Below are positions 50,105 through 59,436 of a stretch of DNA of 64,000 bases, one piece after another. The notes under the pieces are model-generated. The model was not told where the DNA came from, did no database searches, and saw nothing but the letters and a program-made list of their open reading frames with translations. Both the position numbers and the translations under genes were made by a program. Source of the stretch: an uncultured bacterium. Its GTDB lineage: Bacteria; Cyanobacteriota; Vampirovibrionia; Gastranaerophilales; Gastranaerophilaceae. Position 1 is the first letter of the stretch. The number at the start of each line of letters is the position of its first letter. Location of the stretch: NCBI GenBank assembly GCA_949296355.1, contig CASFPS010000002.1:10781-74780 (forward strand), in the 5' to 3' direction.

Positions 50105-52330
50105 GTGTCACAAATTAATCCGAATATAAATAATCAATATAATCAGGAACAGGCAATGCTTATGCAGCAGCCGCAGCAGCCGCGCCCTCAGCAAATGCAG
50201 CCGGTTCGTTTACCTAACTATTATTATGTTCCTGATACGTACAGACCGAGTGCAAAAGAGATGATTAAAGAGAATCCGATGTACGACATGTTCTTAAAAC
50301 CTTTTATAGAACATCCGCTTGCGCTTCTCGGCACATGGCTGGGGCTGGGAATCGGGCTTGATGCGTATTCAAGAGCTTGCGGGGGAGAGTACGACAAGAG
50401 CCTGGTAAAGAAAGCTGCAGATTTCGGAGACAACATTCAAAACTCAAAATTCGTACAGAGCAAGCCTGTTCAAACAGTAATAAGCGGGTTTAATGCTGCA
50501 GGAAAAGCCGGACATAAAGCGGTTCAAAACAGTGCAATTCTGCGTGCTATGAAAGAAACTCCGACAATGCCGGAATGGGCTATGGTTAAGTCTCAAATGT
50601 TTAACCAGAAACAGGAAATCGTGCAGGAATTTTTGAAAATCACGGATACATTAAAACTCGAAAATGCCGAAATTCCTAAACTAAAAAATCTCGGACTTAA
50701 TGATTATGAAAAATCAATGCTCAAGAAAGTTTTTAATGTCCAAAAAATCTCACAAATTCCGGAGCAGGAAGCGGTTAATCAAATTCTTTTGAACCGTCTG
50801 GGAAAATCTCCGGAAGAAATTCAAAAGATACAGAAACTCGGCGCAATATCAACAAAGACCGTAAAAGAAGAAATCCTAAAAGAAATGGGTTTAACGACAG
50901 ACAAGCTTAAACTCATTAAAGATGATGTTTACGGAAACTATATTAACGATGTTAAGACTGCTGCCGAGAAAGTAAAAGGCAAAGTCAGAATCGGAGCCGG
51001 TCATTATCCGTGGCTGGGAGCTTTCACTAAGCCTTTTGAAAGAACAATCGGATGTGATGAGGTTTATAATAAACTTCACAGTATTATGGAAGGTCCTAAA
51101 ACCGCAACCGGAAGATTTACTTCAAAGCTTATGCAGATGGTACACCGCGGATTTACCTTCGGCGGCGGTAAACTCGGGGCTTTAATATTTATTGCGCCTC
51201 TTCTTGTTGAACTCGGAGTCAATGTTAAAAAGGCAGACAAAGACCAGAAAGTCGGAACTGCTGCAAACGGTTTTGTTGATAATATCTCGTGGGTATTCAC
51301 TTTCCCTCTGGCGCTTAGAATGCTGCACGCTATAGGCGGTATTAAACATGCCGGCATGGGAAAAGATAAAGTTGAACAGGTTAGAAAACTTACGGAAGAG
51401 TTTAACAAACGTGTTGAAACAACTATAGTAAAAGACGGTGTAAAAATTCCTAATCCGAACACCTTCAAGAATAAATTAGAATATGATCTTGCAAGGGCTC
51501 AGGTTGAAAAACAAATCAAAGCTTTGAAAAAAGTTGAAGGTCAGAATATTTTCACAAAAGGTATAAGAAAGCTTGCCGGAATTTTGACTCCTGATTTATG
51601 CCGCCTGAACAGTTACAGAAATTCTAATGCTATTGCAAATACAACCCGTAAACTTCCTGCCTTCTTTAGAAACTGCGCCGGTATTCCGATAAGAGTCGCA
51701 GCTTGGGCAGCTTTATCTATGGGAGTTCTGGGCGCAGCGCTTACGAAATGCACAACGGCAATTTTTGGAAAGTCTTATGATTCAATGAAACAGGACGAAA
51801 GAAAAGATAACTTGAAAGCCCAGCAAAAATTCCTGAAAGATGATTTAAACGAACGTTTATACGAACTCCAGCGTATAAAACAGTACGGAAATACTCCCGC
51901 AAGGCAGGTAATACCTCAAGGACAAATGATAGTTTCAAGAGGCAGGTCAGAGAACGGGATGAATATAACTTCTCCGGAAATAGAAAATAATACGGTTGAT
52001 AATTATACTTATATCCCGTCTCAAGACAACAAAATCCCTTATATTCCGGAAAACAACAGTGTAGATAATTATACCTATATTCCGTCTCAGGACTCAAAGA
52101 TTCAGTCTCCGGTTAAAGACGGTAAAACGGATAATTACACTTACATACCATCTTGGGAAAATAAAATAAAACCGGAGCCGGAGAAGAGCAGATATATTCC
52201 GTCCCAGAAGGCTGCAAATATCCAAAAAACTTTTGATAACTCCGGAATTCAGGGAGTTCTGGACAGAGCACAAAAAGCGGAAGACAAAGCTTTGAGGGTT
52301 CTTGCGGGAAACTTTGACGGAATGGTATAA
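50105..52330 (+). CDS. 741-aa polytopic membrane protein: Q/P-rich N-terminus, C-terminal DNYTYIPSQ repeats
   Basis: GTG 50105 (alternative ATG 50156 has the better SD, AGGAACAGG). At least 4 hydrophobic helices. Four copies of the YIPS(Q/W) motif between nt 51990 and 52215. Confidence 0.6.
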   Translation: MSQINPNINNQYNQEQAMLMQQPQQPRPQQMQPVRLPNYYYVPDTYRPSAKEMIKENPMYDMFLKPFIEHPLALLGTWLGLGIGLDAYSRACGGEYDKSLVKKAADFGDNIQNSKFVQSKPVQTVISGFNAAGKAGHKAVQNSAILRAMKETPTMPEWAMVKSQMFNQKQEIVQEFLKITDTLKLENAEIPKLKNLGLNDYEKSMLKKVFNVQKISQIPEQEAVNQILLNRLGKSPEEIQKIQKLGAISTKTVKEEILKEMGLTTDKLKLIKDDVYGNYINDVKTAAEKVKGKVRIGAGHYPWLGAFTKPFERTIGCDEVYNKLHSIMEGPKTATGRFTSKLMQMVHRGFTFGGGKLGALIFIAPLLVELGVNVKKADKDQKVGTAANGFVDNISWVFTFPLALRMLHAIGGIKHAGMGKDKVEQVRKLTEEFNKRVETTIVKDGVKIPNPNTFKNKLEYDLARAQVEKQIKALKKVEGQNIFTKGIRKLAGILTPDLCRLNSYRNSNAIANTTRKLPAFFRNCAGIPIRVAAWAALSMGVLGAALTKCTTAIFGKSYDSMKQDERKDNLKAQQKFLKDDLNERLYELQRIKQYGNTPARQVIPQGQMIVSRGRSENGMNITSPEIENNTVDNYTYIPSQDNKIPYIPENNSVDNYTYIPSQDSKIQSPVKDGKTDNYTYIPSWENKIKPEPEKSRYIPSQKAANIQKTFDNSGIQGVLDRAQKAEDKALRVLAGNFDGMV

Positions 52331-52338
52331 TAAGAGGC

Positions 52339-52812
52339 ATGGAAAAAAAGATTGCAAAAATATTGACGGAAAGAGGGCTTACAATCTCTACGGCAGAATC
52401 CTGTACCGGCGGGCTTTTAAGTTCTAAACTTACCGACGTCAGCGGAAGCTCCGCTTTTGTTACGCTTAATGTCGTGACTTACGCAAACGAAGCAAAACAT
52501 AAAATCCTCGGCGTGAGCCTTGAAACTTTGAACACAAAAGGCGCTGTAAGCGAAGAATGCGCTTTAGAGATGGCAGAAGGTCTTTATAAATTAACGGGGT
52601 CGGATATTTGTGTCTCGACAACAGGCATTGCCGGACCGACAGGCGGAAGTGAAGAAAAACCCGTAGGTCTTATGTATTCCGCTATTTATACAAAAGACAA
52701 ACATCAGGTTTACAAAATTTTACTTTCGCCAAACATTGACAGAGTCATAATGAAAGAAAAATTTGCAGAAGCTGTACTTAATAATATTTACACTTTTCTG
52801 GCTTTTGTATAA
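52339..52812 (+). CDS. pncC: CinA-C/PncC nicotinamide-nucleotide amidohydrolase family
   Basis: LTISTAESCTGGLLSSKLTDVSGSS, TGIAGPTGG. Confidence 0.85.
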   Translation: MEKKIAKILTERGLTISTAESCTGGLLSSKLTDVSGSSAFVTLNVVTYANEAKHKILGVSLETLNTKGAVSEECALEMAEGLYKLTGSDICVSTTGIAGPTGGSEEKPVGLMYSAIYTKDKHQVYKILLSPNIDRVIMKEKFAEAVLNNIYTFLAFV

Positions 52813-52821
52813 AATAAGTAT

Positions 52822-53613
52822 ATGGGAGTAGGTATCAAAAATGTTATTTTATTTTGCATAAGTCTTATGCTTATTTGTCCTGCCGGAGTTTTTGCAGACG
52901 ATAACAGTGATTTTTCCGGCTATATGACAGTCTTGCAGGGTAAAATCCAGAAAAGCTGGAATCCGCCCGAGTGTATGGAGCGTGACGGGCATGCAACAGT
53001 AAAATTCAGTATTACACGGAGCGGAGATGTTTACGCAAGTGAAATTGCAGAAAGCTCCGGAGATCCGGTTTTTGATGAATCAGCTCTTGAAGCAATTAGA
53101 AAAGCCTCTCCTTTTGAACATTTTCCCGCAAGTACATCAAGAGGCTCGCTTACTATAAAATATTCTTTTGATACCTCTATTGTTAAGACTTATGATATGC
53201 AAGGTTATCTTGCCAATGCCGACAAGTTCTACAATGTAAATAATAAAATGGCTCTTGATTACATAAATAAAGCCATTAATGAAGTCGAAGGCGATACAAA
53301 CGCATATTTTCTTTACGGCAAGAGAAGCAAGATAAAACGGGCACTCGGTGATACTCAGGGCGCTGAAGAGGATTTGAACGAATCAAAAAGATTAAAAGCA
53401 AAATACGACCAGAAACGAATTATGGCAAGCCGACTAATTGCAGAGATGGAGCAGTCTCCTTATTCTTATTTTAACCTCGCGCATTCATACGAGATTGCAG
53501 GAGAGTACGAAAAAGCAATTGAGGCAATAGATAAAGCCATTGCGCTTACGGAATTAAATAATAATTACAAACGCTACAGAAACGACCTTGTTAATAAACA
53601 GGCTTCTTTATAA
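52822..53613 (+). CDS. TolA/TonB C-terminal domain protein with TPR repeats
   Basis: Signal/anchor, then IQKSWNPP...ATVKFSITRSGDV...SSGDPVFDESALEAIRKASPF, then TPR-like helices. Confidence 0.65.
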   Translation: MGVGIKNVILFCISLMLICPAGVFADDNSDFSGYMTVLQGKIQKSWNPPECMERDGHATVKFSITRSGDVYASEIAESSGDPVFDESALEAIRKASPFEHFPASTSRGSLTIKYSFDTSIVKTYDMQGYLANADKFYNVNNKMALDYINKAINEVEGDTNAYFLYGKRSKIKRALGDTQGAEEDLNESKRLKAKYDQKRIMASRLIAEMEQSPYSYFNLAHSYEIAGEYEKAIEAIDKAIALTELNNNYKRYRNDLVNKQASL

Positions 53614-53623
53614 TTCAGCTTGC

Positions 53624-54508
53624 TTAATATTCCCCGCGGACTCTTGCAAATTTTGTGTTAGCATAAAAATATTTAAGAATCTGATAAGCATTATACCCTC
53701 TTTTTGCAAGGTTATTTGCACCGTACTGACTCATTCCGACTCCGTGACCGTTCTTTTTTATTCCGTCATCAAATGAGGGTACTGATTTTAAAAACGGTAA
53801 ATCTGCAGACCAAACCTGCCCTCCTGTTTTGGTCTTTCCGCCAGCCGAGGCTGAATAATATGCAGGAACAATTTTCCCCTGACAAACAAGAACAATTCCG
53901 GAGGTCTCTTCTACCGCGGAATTTGTATTGGTCTTTTCTGCACTTGCCCCGCCGTAAGCCTGATCTTCCGGAGTATCTTTGAGATCATATCCGTATTTGG
54001 CACGCTTTCCCCTGTTTGCAATAGCGTAACTCCTTGCCGCAATTGCCTGAGCTTTGTGGGCTTCGTGTTCCCAGCCGGAAGGCATTTCAGAAGGAACGAC
54101 TCCCTGCAGATATTTTTCAAGCGGAATATCATTAATTACGGTTAATCCCGGACCGTCATTTATGACTTTTAAATTTCCTCTGTACCATTTGCGCTTAACG
54201 CTTACAAAGCCGCCTTCTTCCGGTTTGATAACGATTTTATCGGCTTTCATTTTGTTCCATTGCCCGTCAACTTTGATAGCAATAACACCCCTGTAGGGTT
54301 TCATCTCGTAACCTTTCATCTTTTCCATCACGAAAATAAGCTTGTTTGTGTCGCAATTTATTATTTCCGCTTTTGTTGAAGCTCCGATAAATGTTTTGTT
54401 AACCTGCGTCTGAAGTCCTATTTTTATTGCAAAACAAGGACAACATAATGTTATAAATGTAATAAAAAATACTAAAGCTTTTCTCATCCCCATAAAAATA
54501 TTATACAA
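53624..54508 (-). CDS. SpoIID/LytB domain protein
   Basis: LEKYLQGVVPSEMP...HEAHKAQAIAARSYA...GHGVGMSQYGA. Confidence 0.85.
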   Translation of the reverse strand: MYNIFMGMRKALVFFITFITLCCPCFAIKIGLQTQVNKTFIGASTKAEIINCDTNKLIFVMEKMKGYEMKPYRGVIAIKVDGQWNKMKADKIVIKPEEGGFVSVKRKWYRGNLKVINDGPGLTVINDIPLEKYLQGVVPSEMPSGWEHEAHKAQAIAARSYAIANRGKRAKYGYDLKDTPEDQAYGGASAEKTNTNSAVEETSGIVLVCQGKIVPAYYSASAGGKTKTGGQVWSADLPFLKSVPSFDDGIKKNGHGVGMSQYGANNLAKRGYNAYQILKYFYANTKFARVRGEY

Positions 54509-54540
54509 CGGAATTTTCTTAGTGAATAGTAATTCTGTCT

Positions 54541-56346
54541 TTACTTTGTTTTCTTTGCGGCTCTAAGCGCGTTAAGAATCGCAATCAGTGAGATTCCGAC
54601 ATCTGCAAACACCGCTCCCCACATTGTCATCATACCGAACGCACCGAGCGCGAGAAATGCAGCTTTTACTCCGAGTGCAAATACGATATTTTGTTTAACT
54701 ATTACCATTGTTTTTCTTGAAATTTTGACAGCGTCTGCAACTTTAGACGGCTTGTCGTCCATAATTACTACATCCGCCGCTTCAATTGCCGCGTCAGAAC
54801 CTAATCCGCCCATTGCGATCCCCACATCGGCTCTTGTAAGAACAGGCGCATCGTTAATACCGTCACCTGCAAATATTACACTGCCTTTAGCCTCTTCGAT
54901 AACCTCTTCGACTTTATTTACCTTATCCTCAGGCAAAAGCTCGGCATAAACTTTATCTACTCCAAGCTCCTGACGTACTTTTTCAGCGGTCTTATACGTA
55001 TCTCCCGTCAAGATTTCAGTTGAAACTCCGAGTTTTTTCAAATCACATATTGCTTCTTTTGAATCCTCTTTTACTTCGTCTGAAATTACAATATACCCCT
55101 CATATTTTCCGTCAACTGAAACGTATACAACAGTTCCGTCCCTGTCTGCAGGCTCGCATCCGATAAATCCTGCATTACCAGCCAGAACTTTTTTACCGTC
55201 AACTTCAGCTTCTACCCCGTGTCCGGCAATTTCTTTTACAGAAGAAAGTTCCGGAATTTCTTTACCGTATTCTTTTCTTATTGCGGCTGCAATCGGATGG
55301 GATGAAGCGCTTTCTGCATAAGCAGCATATTTTAAAAGTTCAGGATTCTCGGAAACAACCTCTGTCACTTTAAATACACCTTTTGTAAGAGTGCCGGTTT
55401 TGTCAAAAAGAACTGCAGAAGGATTTGCAAGTGTTTCGATAAATGTACTGCCTTTGATTAATATACCCTGCTTTGAAGCGCCTCCGATTCCGGCAAAAAA
55501 GCTCAACGGAATTGATATTACAAGCGCACACGGACAGGAGATTACAAGGAATGTCAAAGCTCTTGCAACCCAGTTTCCCGGAACGGATAAAGCCCAGGGT
55601 ACAAATGCAATTAAAGCCGCAAGCCCGACAACTGCCGGAGTGTAATATCTTGCAAATTTTGTTATAAAGTTTTCGGTTTTTGCTTTCTTAGAAGAAGCGT
55701 TTTCTACAAGCTCAAGAATTTTTGAAACGGTAGATTCGCCAAACTCTTTAGTTACACGGACTTTTAAAACCCCGTCAAGATTAATACAGCCGCTTATTAC
55801 ACTATCTCCGGTTTTTACAGCCCGCGGAGCTGATTCACCAGTAAGCGCGGAAGTGTCAACTGACGCAAGACCGGATATTACAACCCCGTCAAGCGGAATT
55901 TTCTCACCCGGCTTAACAGTTATAACATCTCCGACTTTTACTGTATCAGGCGCAACCTTTTCCCCGCCAAGGTTTGCATAATCAGGTCTTATATCCATAA
56001 GCTCCGCTATTGAATGACGGGACTTCTCAACGGCTCTGTGCTGAAAATATTCGCCAATCTGATAAAGAACCATTACCATAACCGCTTCCGGATACTCTTT
56101 TATCGCAAGCGCTCCGACTGTTGCCGTACTCATAAGAAAATTTTCGTCAAAAACCTTACCTTTGACAACATTTTTTGCAGCTTTATACAAAACATCAGCC
56201 CCCGCAATTACATAAGCTAAAGCAAAGAGCGGTTTAAGCTTAAACCCGGCTGCAAAAATAAGCAGTGACAAAATAATTCTTCCGACAACATAAGGGTCGT
56301 GTTTGTGGTCATGTTCGTGTTCGTCGTGGTCGCACATTTTAAGCAC
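54541..56346 (-). CDS. cadA: Heavy-metal (Cd/Zn/Co-type) P1B ATPase
   Basis: His-rich N-terminus CDHDEHEHDHKHD, CPC (SCPCALV), DKTGTLT, GDGINDAP. Confidence 0.9.
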   Translation of the reverse strand: MLKMCDHDEHEHDHKHDPYVVGRIILSLLIFAAGFKLKPLFALAYVIAGADVLYKAAKNVVKGKVFDENFLMSTATVGALAIKEYPEAVMVMVLYQIGEYFQHRAVEKSRHSIAELMDIRPDYANLGGEKVAPDTVKVGDVITVKPGEKIPLDGVVISGLASVDTSALTGESAPRAVKTGDSVISGCINLDGVLKVRVTKEFGESTVSKILELVENASSKKAKTENFITKFARYYTPAVVGLAALIAFVPWALSVPGNWVARALTFLVISCPCALVISIPLSFFAGIGGASKQGILIKGSTFIETLANPSAVLFDKTGTLTKGVFKVTEVVSENPELLKYAAYAESASSHPIAAAIRKEYGKEIPELSSVKEIAGHGVEAEVDGKKVLAGNAGFIGCEPADRDGTVVYVSVDGKYEGYIVISDEVKEDSKEAICDLKKLGVSTEILTGDTYKTAEKVRQELGVDKVYAELLPEDKVNKVEEVIEEAKGSVIFAGDGINDAPVLTRADVGIAMGGLGSDAAIEAADVVIMDDKPSKVADAVKISRKTMVIVKQNIVFALGVKAAFLALGAFGMMTMWGAVFADVGISLIAILNALRAAKKTK

Positions 56347-56421
56347 CTCTGTTTAGTTGAATTGCGGAAAAGTTGAATAGCCATTTACTTCAATCATCAA
56401 TTTTCCTTATATTCATATTAT

Positions 56422-56441
56422 AGTTGAACAACTGTTCAACT
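56422..56441. promoter_or_regulatory. Putative ArsR/SmtB operator, perfect 9-2-9 inverted repeat
   Basis: AGTTGAACA-ac-TGTTCAACT in the cadA/arsR divergent region. Extra AGTTGAA half-sites at 56356-56380 and a related TTCAACT at 56505-56511. Confidence 0.6.
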
Positions 56442-56521
56442 GTCAAGAGAGAAAGATGCCAAGTTTAACAATTTGTTACAATGGTTTGACATTTGAGCAA
56501 CTATTCAACTATAATTTAAAT

Positions 56522-56851
56522 ATGGAGAATGTTGATTTAGATACAGTAAATAAAGTTAAACCTAAAATGCCTGATACAACATTGTTGTACGAACTTTCCG
56601 ATTTTTTTAAGCTAATGGGAGATTCTACCAGAATCCAGCTTTTGTGGGCGCTTGAGGAGAATGAAATGTGCGTCGGGGAGCTTGCACTTCTTCTCAATAT
56701 GACAAAATCCGCAGTTTCGCACCAACTTAAGACCTTAAGGAGTGCAAAACTTGTCAAGGCGCAAAAGAGGGGCAAAAACGTATTTTATGCGCTTTCTGAC
56801 CATCACGTAAGAACAGTTCTGGAAATGGCACTTGAACACGTTGCCGAGTAG
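56522..56851 (+). CDS. ArsR/SmtB-family metalloregulator
   Basis: FKLMGDSTRIQLLWAL..EMCVGELALLLNMTKSAVSHQLKTLR. ATG 56522 preferred. Confidence 0.85.
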   Translation: MENVDLDTVNKVKPKMPDTTLLYELSDFFKLMGDSTRIQLLWALEENEMCVGELALLLNMTKSAVSHQLKTLRSAKLVKAQKRGKNVFYALSDHHVRTVLEMALEHVAE

Positions 56852-56980
56852 GAGAGTTTAAGTATAGTCAAGGCGGGTATTTTTATTTTCTGCTTTGTGA
56901 GGTATTATAAGCGGGTAGTGAAGAAAGATTGACAACTAAATAAAATGGATTGGGTTGAAGTTCAACCTGTTACTACTTAA

Positions 56981-57020
56981 TCCACTTGATCACCTGATCA
57001 CCTGGTCACTTGATCACTTC
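56981..57020. repeat. Heptamer repeats (TCACYTG variant)
   Basis: CCACTTGATCACCTGATCACCTGGTCACTTGATCACTTC, just upstream of the SD of the next gene. Confidence 0.8.
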
Positions 57021-57035
57021 AAAAAAGGAGACCTT

Positions 57036-57431
57036 ATGAACAGAAATATTATCATCATTTTACTAATTTTTCTTGTACCGCTTGCAGTGTACTTCGGGCT
57101 TACAAGAGACAAGCTGACAACTCTGCCTTCTATAGCTTCGGAAGGGGTGCAGGTTATTAAATTTTCATCTCCTATGTGCTACGAATGTCAGGAACTGGAA
57201 AAGGTATTTGATGAAGTGTTCCCTAAATTTGAGAAAGATGTTACACTGAGAAAAATTGATGTGACTCAAAAAAGCAAAGATACAAAGGCTTTAATAAGAG
57301 AATATGAGGTTAAACTTGTACCGACTACCGTGTTTAAAGACAAAGACGGAAATACAACAAGACGTATTGAAGGCAATATGCAGCCTCAAATATTAGAAAA
57401 CTATTTAAAAGAGATTACAAATAATGGATAA
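57036..57431 (+). CDS. Membrane-anchored thioredoxin-fold protein
   Basis: AAGGAG SD, N-terminal TM helix, CxxC (CYEC). Confidence 0.7.
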   Translation: MNRNIIIILLIFLVPLAVYFGLTRDKLTTLPSIASEGVQVIKFSSPMCYECQELEKVFDEVFPKFEKDVTLRKIDVTQKSKDTKALIREYEVKLVPTTVFKDKDGNTTRRIEGNMQPQILENYLKEITNNG

Positions 57432-58134
57432 TCTGGTACAAATATTTTCGACAAATTCAACCGGATTGGGTGTCTGGGCATTAATGTTTGCAGCATCTTT
57501 AGCAGGCGGGGTAATTGCATCTATCTCTCCCTGTTCGCTTGCAATGCTGCCTTTGATTGTCGGGTATGTAGGCGGATATTCTAAAGAAACACCTTTGAGA
57601 ACTTTTGTTCAGTTATGTTTCTTCATTTTTGGAACCGCAATAGTATTTTCTATTATCGGTATAATATGCGCTGTAACCGGAAGCGTTTTCGCTTCGACTA
57701 TGGGCGGATATTTCACCCTCATTATGGCGTCACTTTTGCTTGTGATGGGGCTAAAGCTTACGGATATATTAGACTTTGACATGCCGGTAATAATAAAAGC
57801 AATGCCGTCAAACTCCACAAACTCACTGTTTTTGTATCCGGTTTTATTAGGTATAGCTTTCGCGCTTGCCGGAACACCCTGTTCAACACCGATTTTAGCG
57901 GGGATTATGGCTTTTGCTGCAATGGGGAAAAATTTGTGGGCTGCTGTTATTATGCTGTTTCTCTTTGCTCTCGGGCAAGGTTTGATTCTGATTGTGGCAG
58001 GCTTATTCACCTCGGGAGTAAAAAATCTGAAAAAATTTGCGGGATTTTCGGAAATCTTACTCAAAGTAAGCGGGGTTTTATTAATACTGGTTGCGCTTTA
58101 CCTTTATTACAAAACTTTTGCACCTTTAATTTAA
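57424..58134 (+). CDS. ccdA: Cytochrome c biogenesis/thiol-disulfide transporter CcdA (DsbD family)
   Basis: ISPCSLAMLPLIVGYV and GTPCSTPIL motifs, 6 TM helices. Confidence 0.85.
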   Translation: MDNLVQIFSTNSTGLGVWALMFAASLAGGVIASISPCSLAMLPLIVGYVGGYSKETPLRTFVQLCFFIFGTAIVFSIIGIICAVTGSVFASTMGGYFTLIMASLLLVMGLKLTDILDFDMPVIIKAMPSNSTNSLFLYPVLLGIAFALAGTPCSTPILAGIMAFAAMGKNLWAAVIMLFLFALGQGLILIVAGLFTSGVKNLKKFAGFSEILLKVSGVLLILVALYLYYKTFAPLI

Positions 58135-58572
58135 AAGCCTGTTTTCAATAATTTCCGCAGCAATCCGGATGCAGTTTTCACACGGGCGCTCTTTATAGTA
58201 TTGCTCTGTACGCTTGGAAGGTTCAGGCGAATCCGCCCCCTCCGGCAGTCCCAGAAGTTCACGGCAGATTATTGAGCCGCATTTTGATTGAAATTCTTTT
58301 CCAAGCTCCTGTATCAAAGCGTAATGAGCCCCTTTGATTTCATCATTGTTCGGCGCGGTGTACCCTCTTAATAAGCCGGCTATCATAAACATTGAACTTA
58401 CAGCTCCGCAAACTTCCCTTAGCCTGCCCATCCCGCCGCCAAAAGAGGAAGATAGCTTGAGCGAAGTCTCTTTATCAAAACCGGTTACATCTGAAAAAGC
58501 AAGAAAAACTGCCTGAGCGCAGTTATATCCTTCTCTAAAATTTTTACAAGCTTTGTCTGCATATATTCCCAT
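58126..58572 (-). CDS. C_GCAxxG_C_C family protein
   Basis: YNCAQAV...CGAV...C..C pattern. Confidence 0.75.
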   Translation of the reverse strand: MGIYADKACKNFREGYNCAQAVFLAFSDVTGFDKETSLKLSSSFGGGMGRLREVCGAVSSMFMIAGLLRGYTAPNNDEIKGAHYALIQELGKEFQSKCGSIICRELLGLPEGADSPEPSKRTEQYYKERPCENCIRIAAEIIENRLLN

Positions 58573-58696
58573 AAAAATATTTTAATCGAAAAATGAACAA
58601 TAAAAAATAAAAATCGTTAATGTAGTGTAGGTTTAAAACTTAAAAAAATAATATTATAATCAGGAACATAGTCCTGAAACGTAAAGGAGAGTATTT

Positions 58697-59026
58697 ATGA
58701 CAGAAGAAAACAAAATCGAAGAAGAACACAAATGCTTTTGCCGGAGCAAAAGTTTTAAAAAGTTTTTGATTACAACTTGCGGAACATTTGTAGGCGTGTT
58801 TCTGGCATTATGCCTGTTTGCAGCAACACACAAACCGCCGATGCCGGCTCCGATGCCGATGGTTCCTTGCCCTTGTGCCGGTTATCACCAGATGATAAGA
58901 CCTTACGGTCCGCCGCCACATCACCATCATTTTGATAAAGGTCACAGAGGTGATTTCCACAAGAAAATGATGAAACAACGAATGGAACATCAAGGACCGG
59001 GACCTGTTCAAAGGATTGATGACTAA
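58697..59026 (+). CDS. His/Pro/Met-rich small membrane protein (possible metal binding)
   Basis: One TM helix, then PMPAPMPMVPCPCAGYH...PPPHHHHFDKGHRGDFH. Confidence 0.45.
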   Translation: MTEENKIEEEHKCFCRSKSFKKFLITTCGTFVGVFLALCLFAATHKPPMPAPMPMVPCPCAGYHQMIRPYGPPPHHHHFDKGHRGDFHKKMMKQRMEHQGPGPVQRIDD

Positions 59027-59139
59027 TTGGTAAGGCGGAAACTTTTATAAAAGTTTCCGCCTTTTTGTCCCATACTCTTGAAATTAAAAAATGTTTATGA
59101 GAAGATTAACTGGTGACAATTGAATAGGTTCTAATTTAT

Positions 59140-59213
59140 GGCAAGGTAGCTCAGTTGGTGAGAGCGCACGGCTCATACCCGTGAGGTCGAGAGTTCGAAT
59201 CTCTCCCTTGCTA
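59140..59213 (+). tRNA. tRNA-Met (CAT), elongator-like
   Basis: Manual cloverleaf: GGCAAGG/CCTTGCT (G1.U72), D arm GCTC-AGTTGGTGA-GAGC, anticodon arm CACGG-CTCATAC-CCGTG, T arm GAGAG-TTCGAAT-CTCTC. Confidence 0.88.
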
Positions 59214-59296
59214 TTTTTTATTGACTGCTAACGGGTAATTCGCCGTACGCAGATTTTCTAAATCCCATTCGCGCCGGACTCAGGGTTTCGTCCGGC

Positions 59297-59393
59297 TCTC
59301 TTGGAGCGCACGGCTCCCTCTCGCAAAACGATAATCAATCGTTTTGCTTCGGCACAGTCCGTGAGATCGAGAGTTCGAATCTCTCCCTTGCTA
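59297..59393 (+). pseudogene. Partial tRNA-Met copy (D arm to 3' end) with 42 nt replacing the anticodon loop
   Basis: GCTC-tcttg-GAGCGCACGGCTC [42 nt with hairpin GCAAAACGAT/ATCGTTTTGC] CCGTGAGATCGAGAGTTCGAATCTCTCCCTTGCTA. No 5' acceptor strand. Confidence 0.7.
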
Positions 59394-59436
59394 TTTTTTA
59401 TTGGGTCTGTCGGTTGGGTAGCCCAATTACTTGAAA

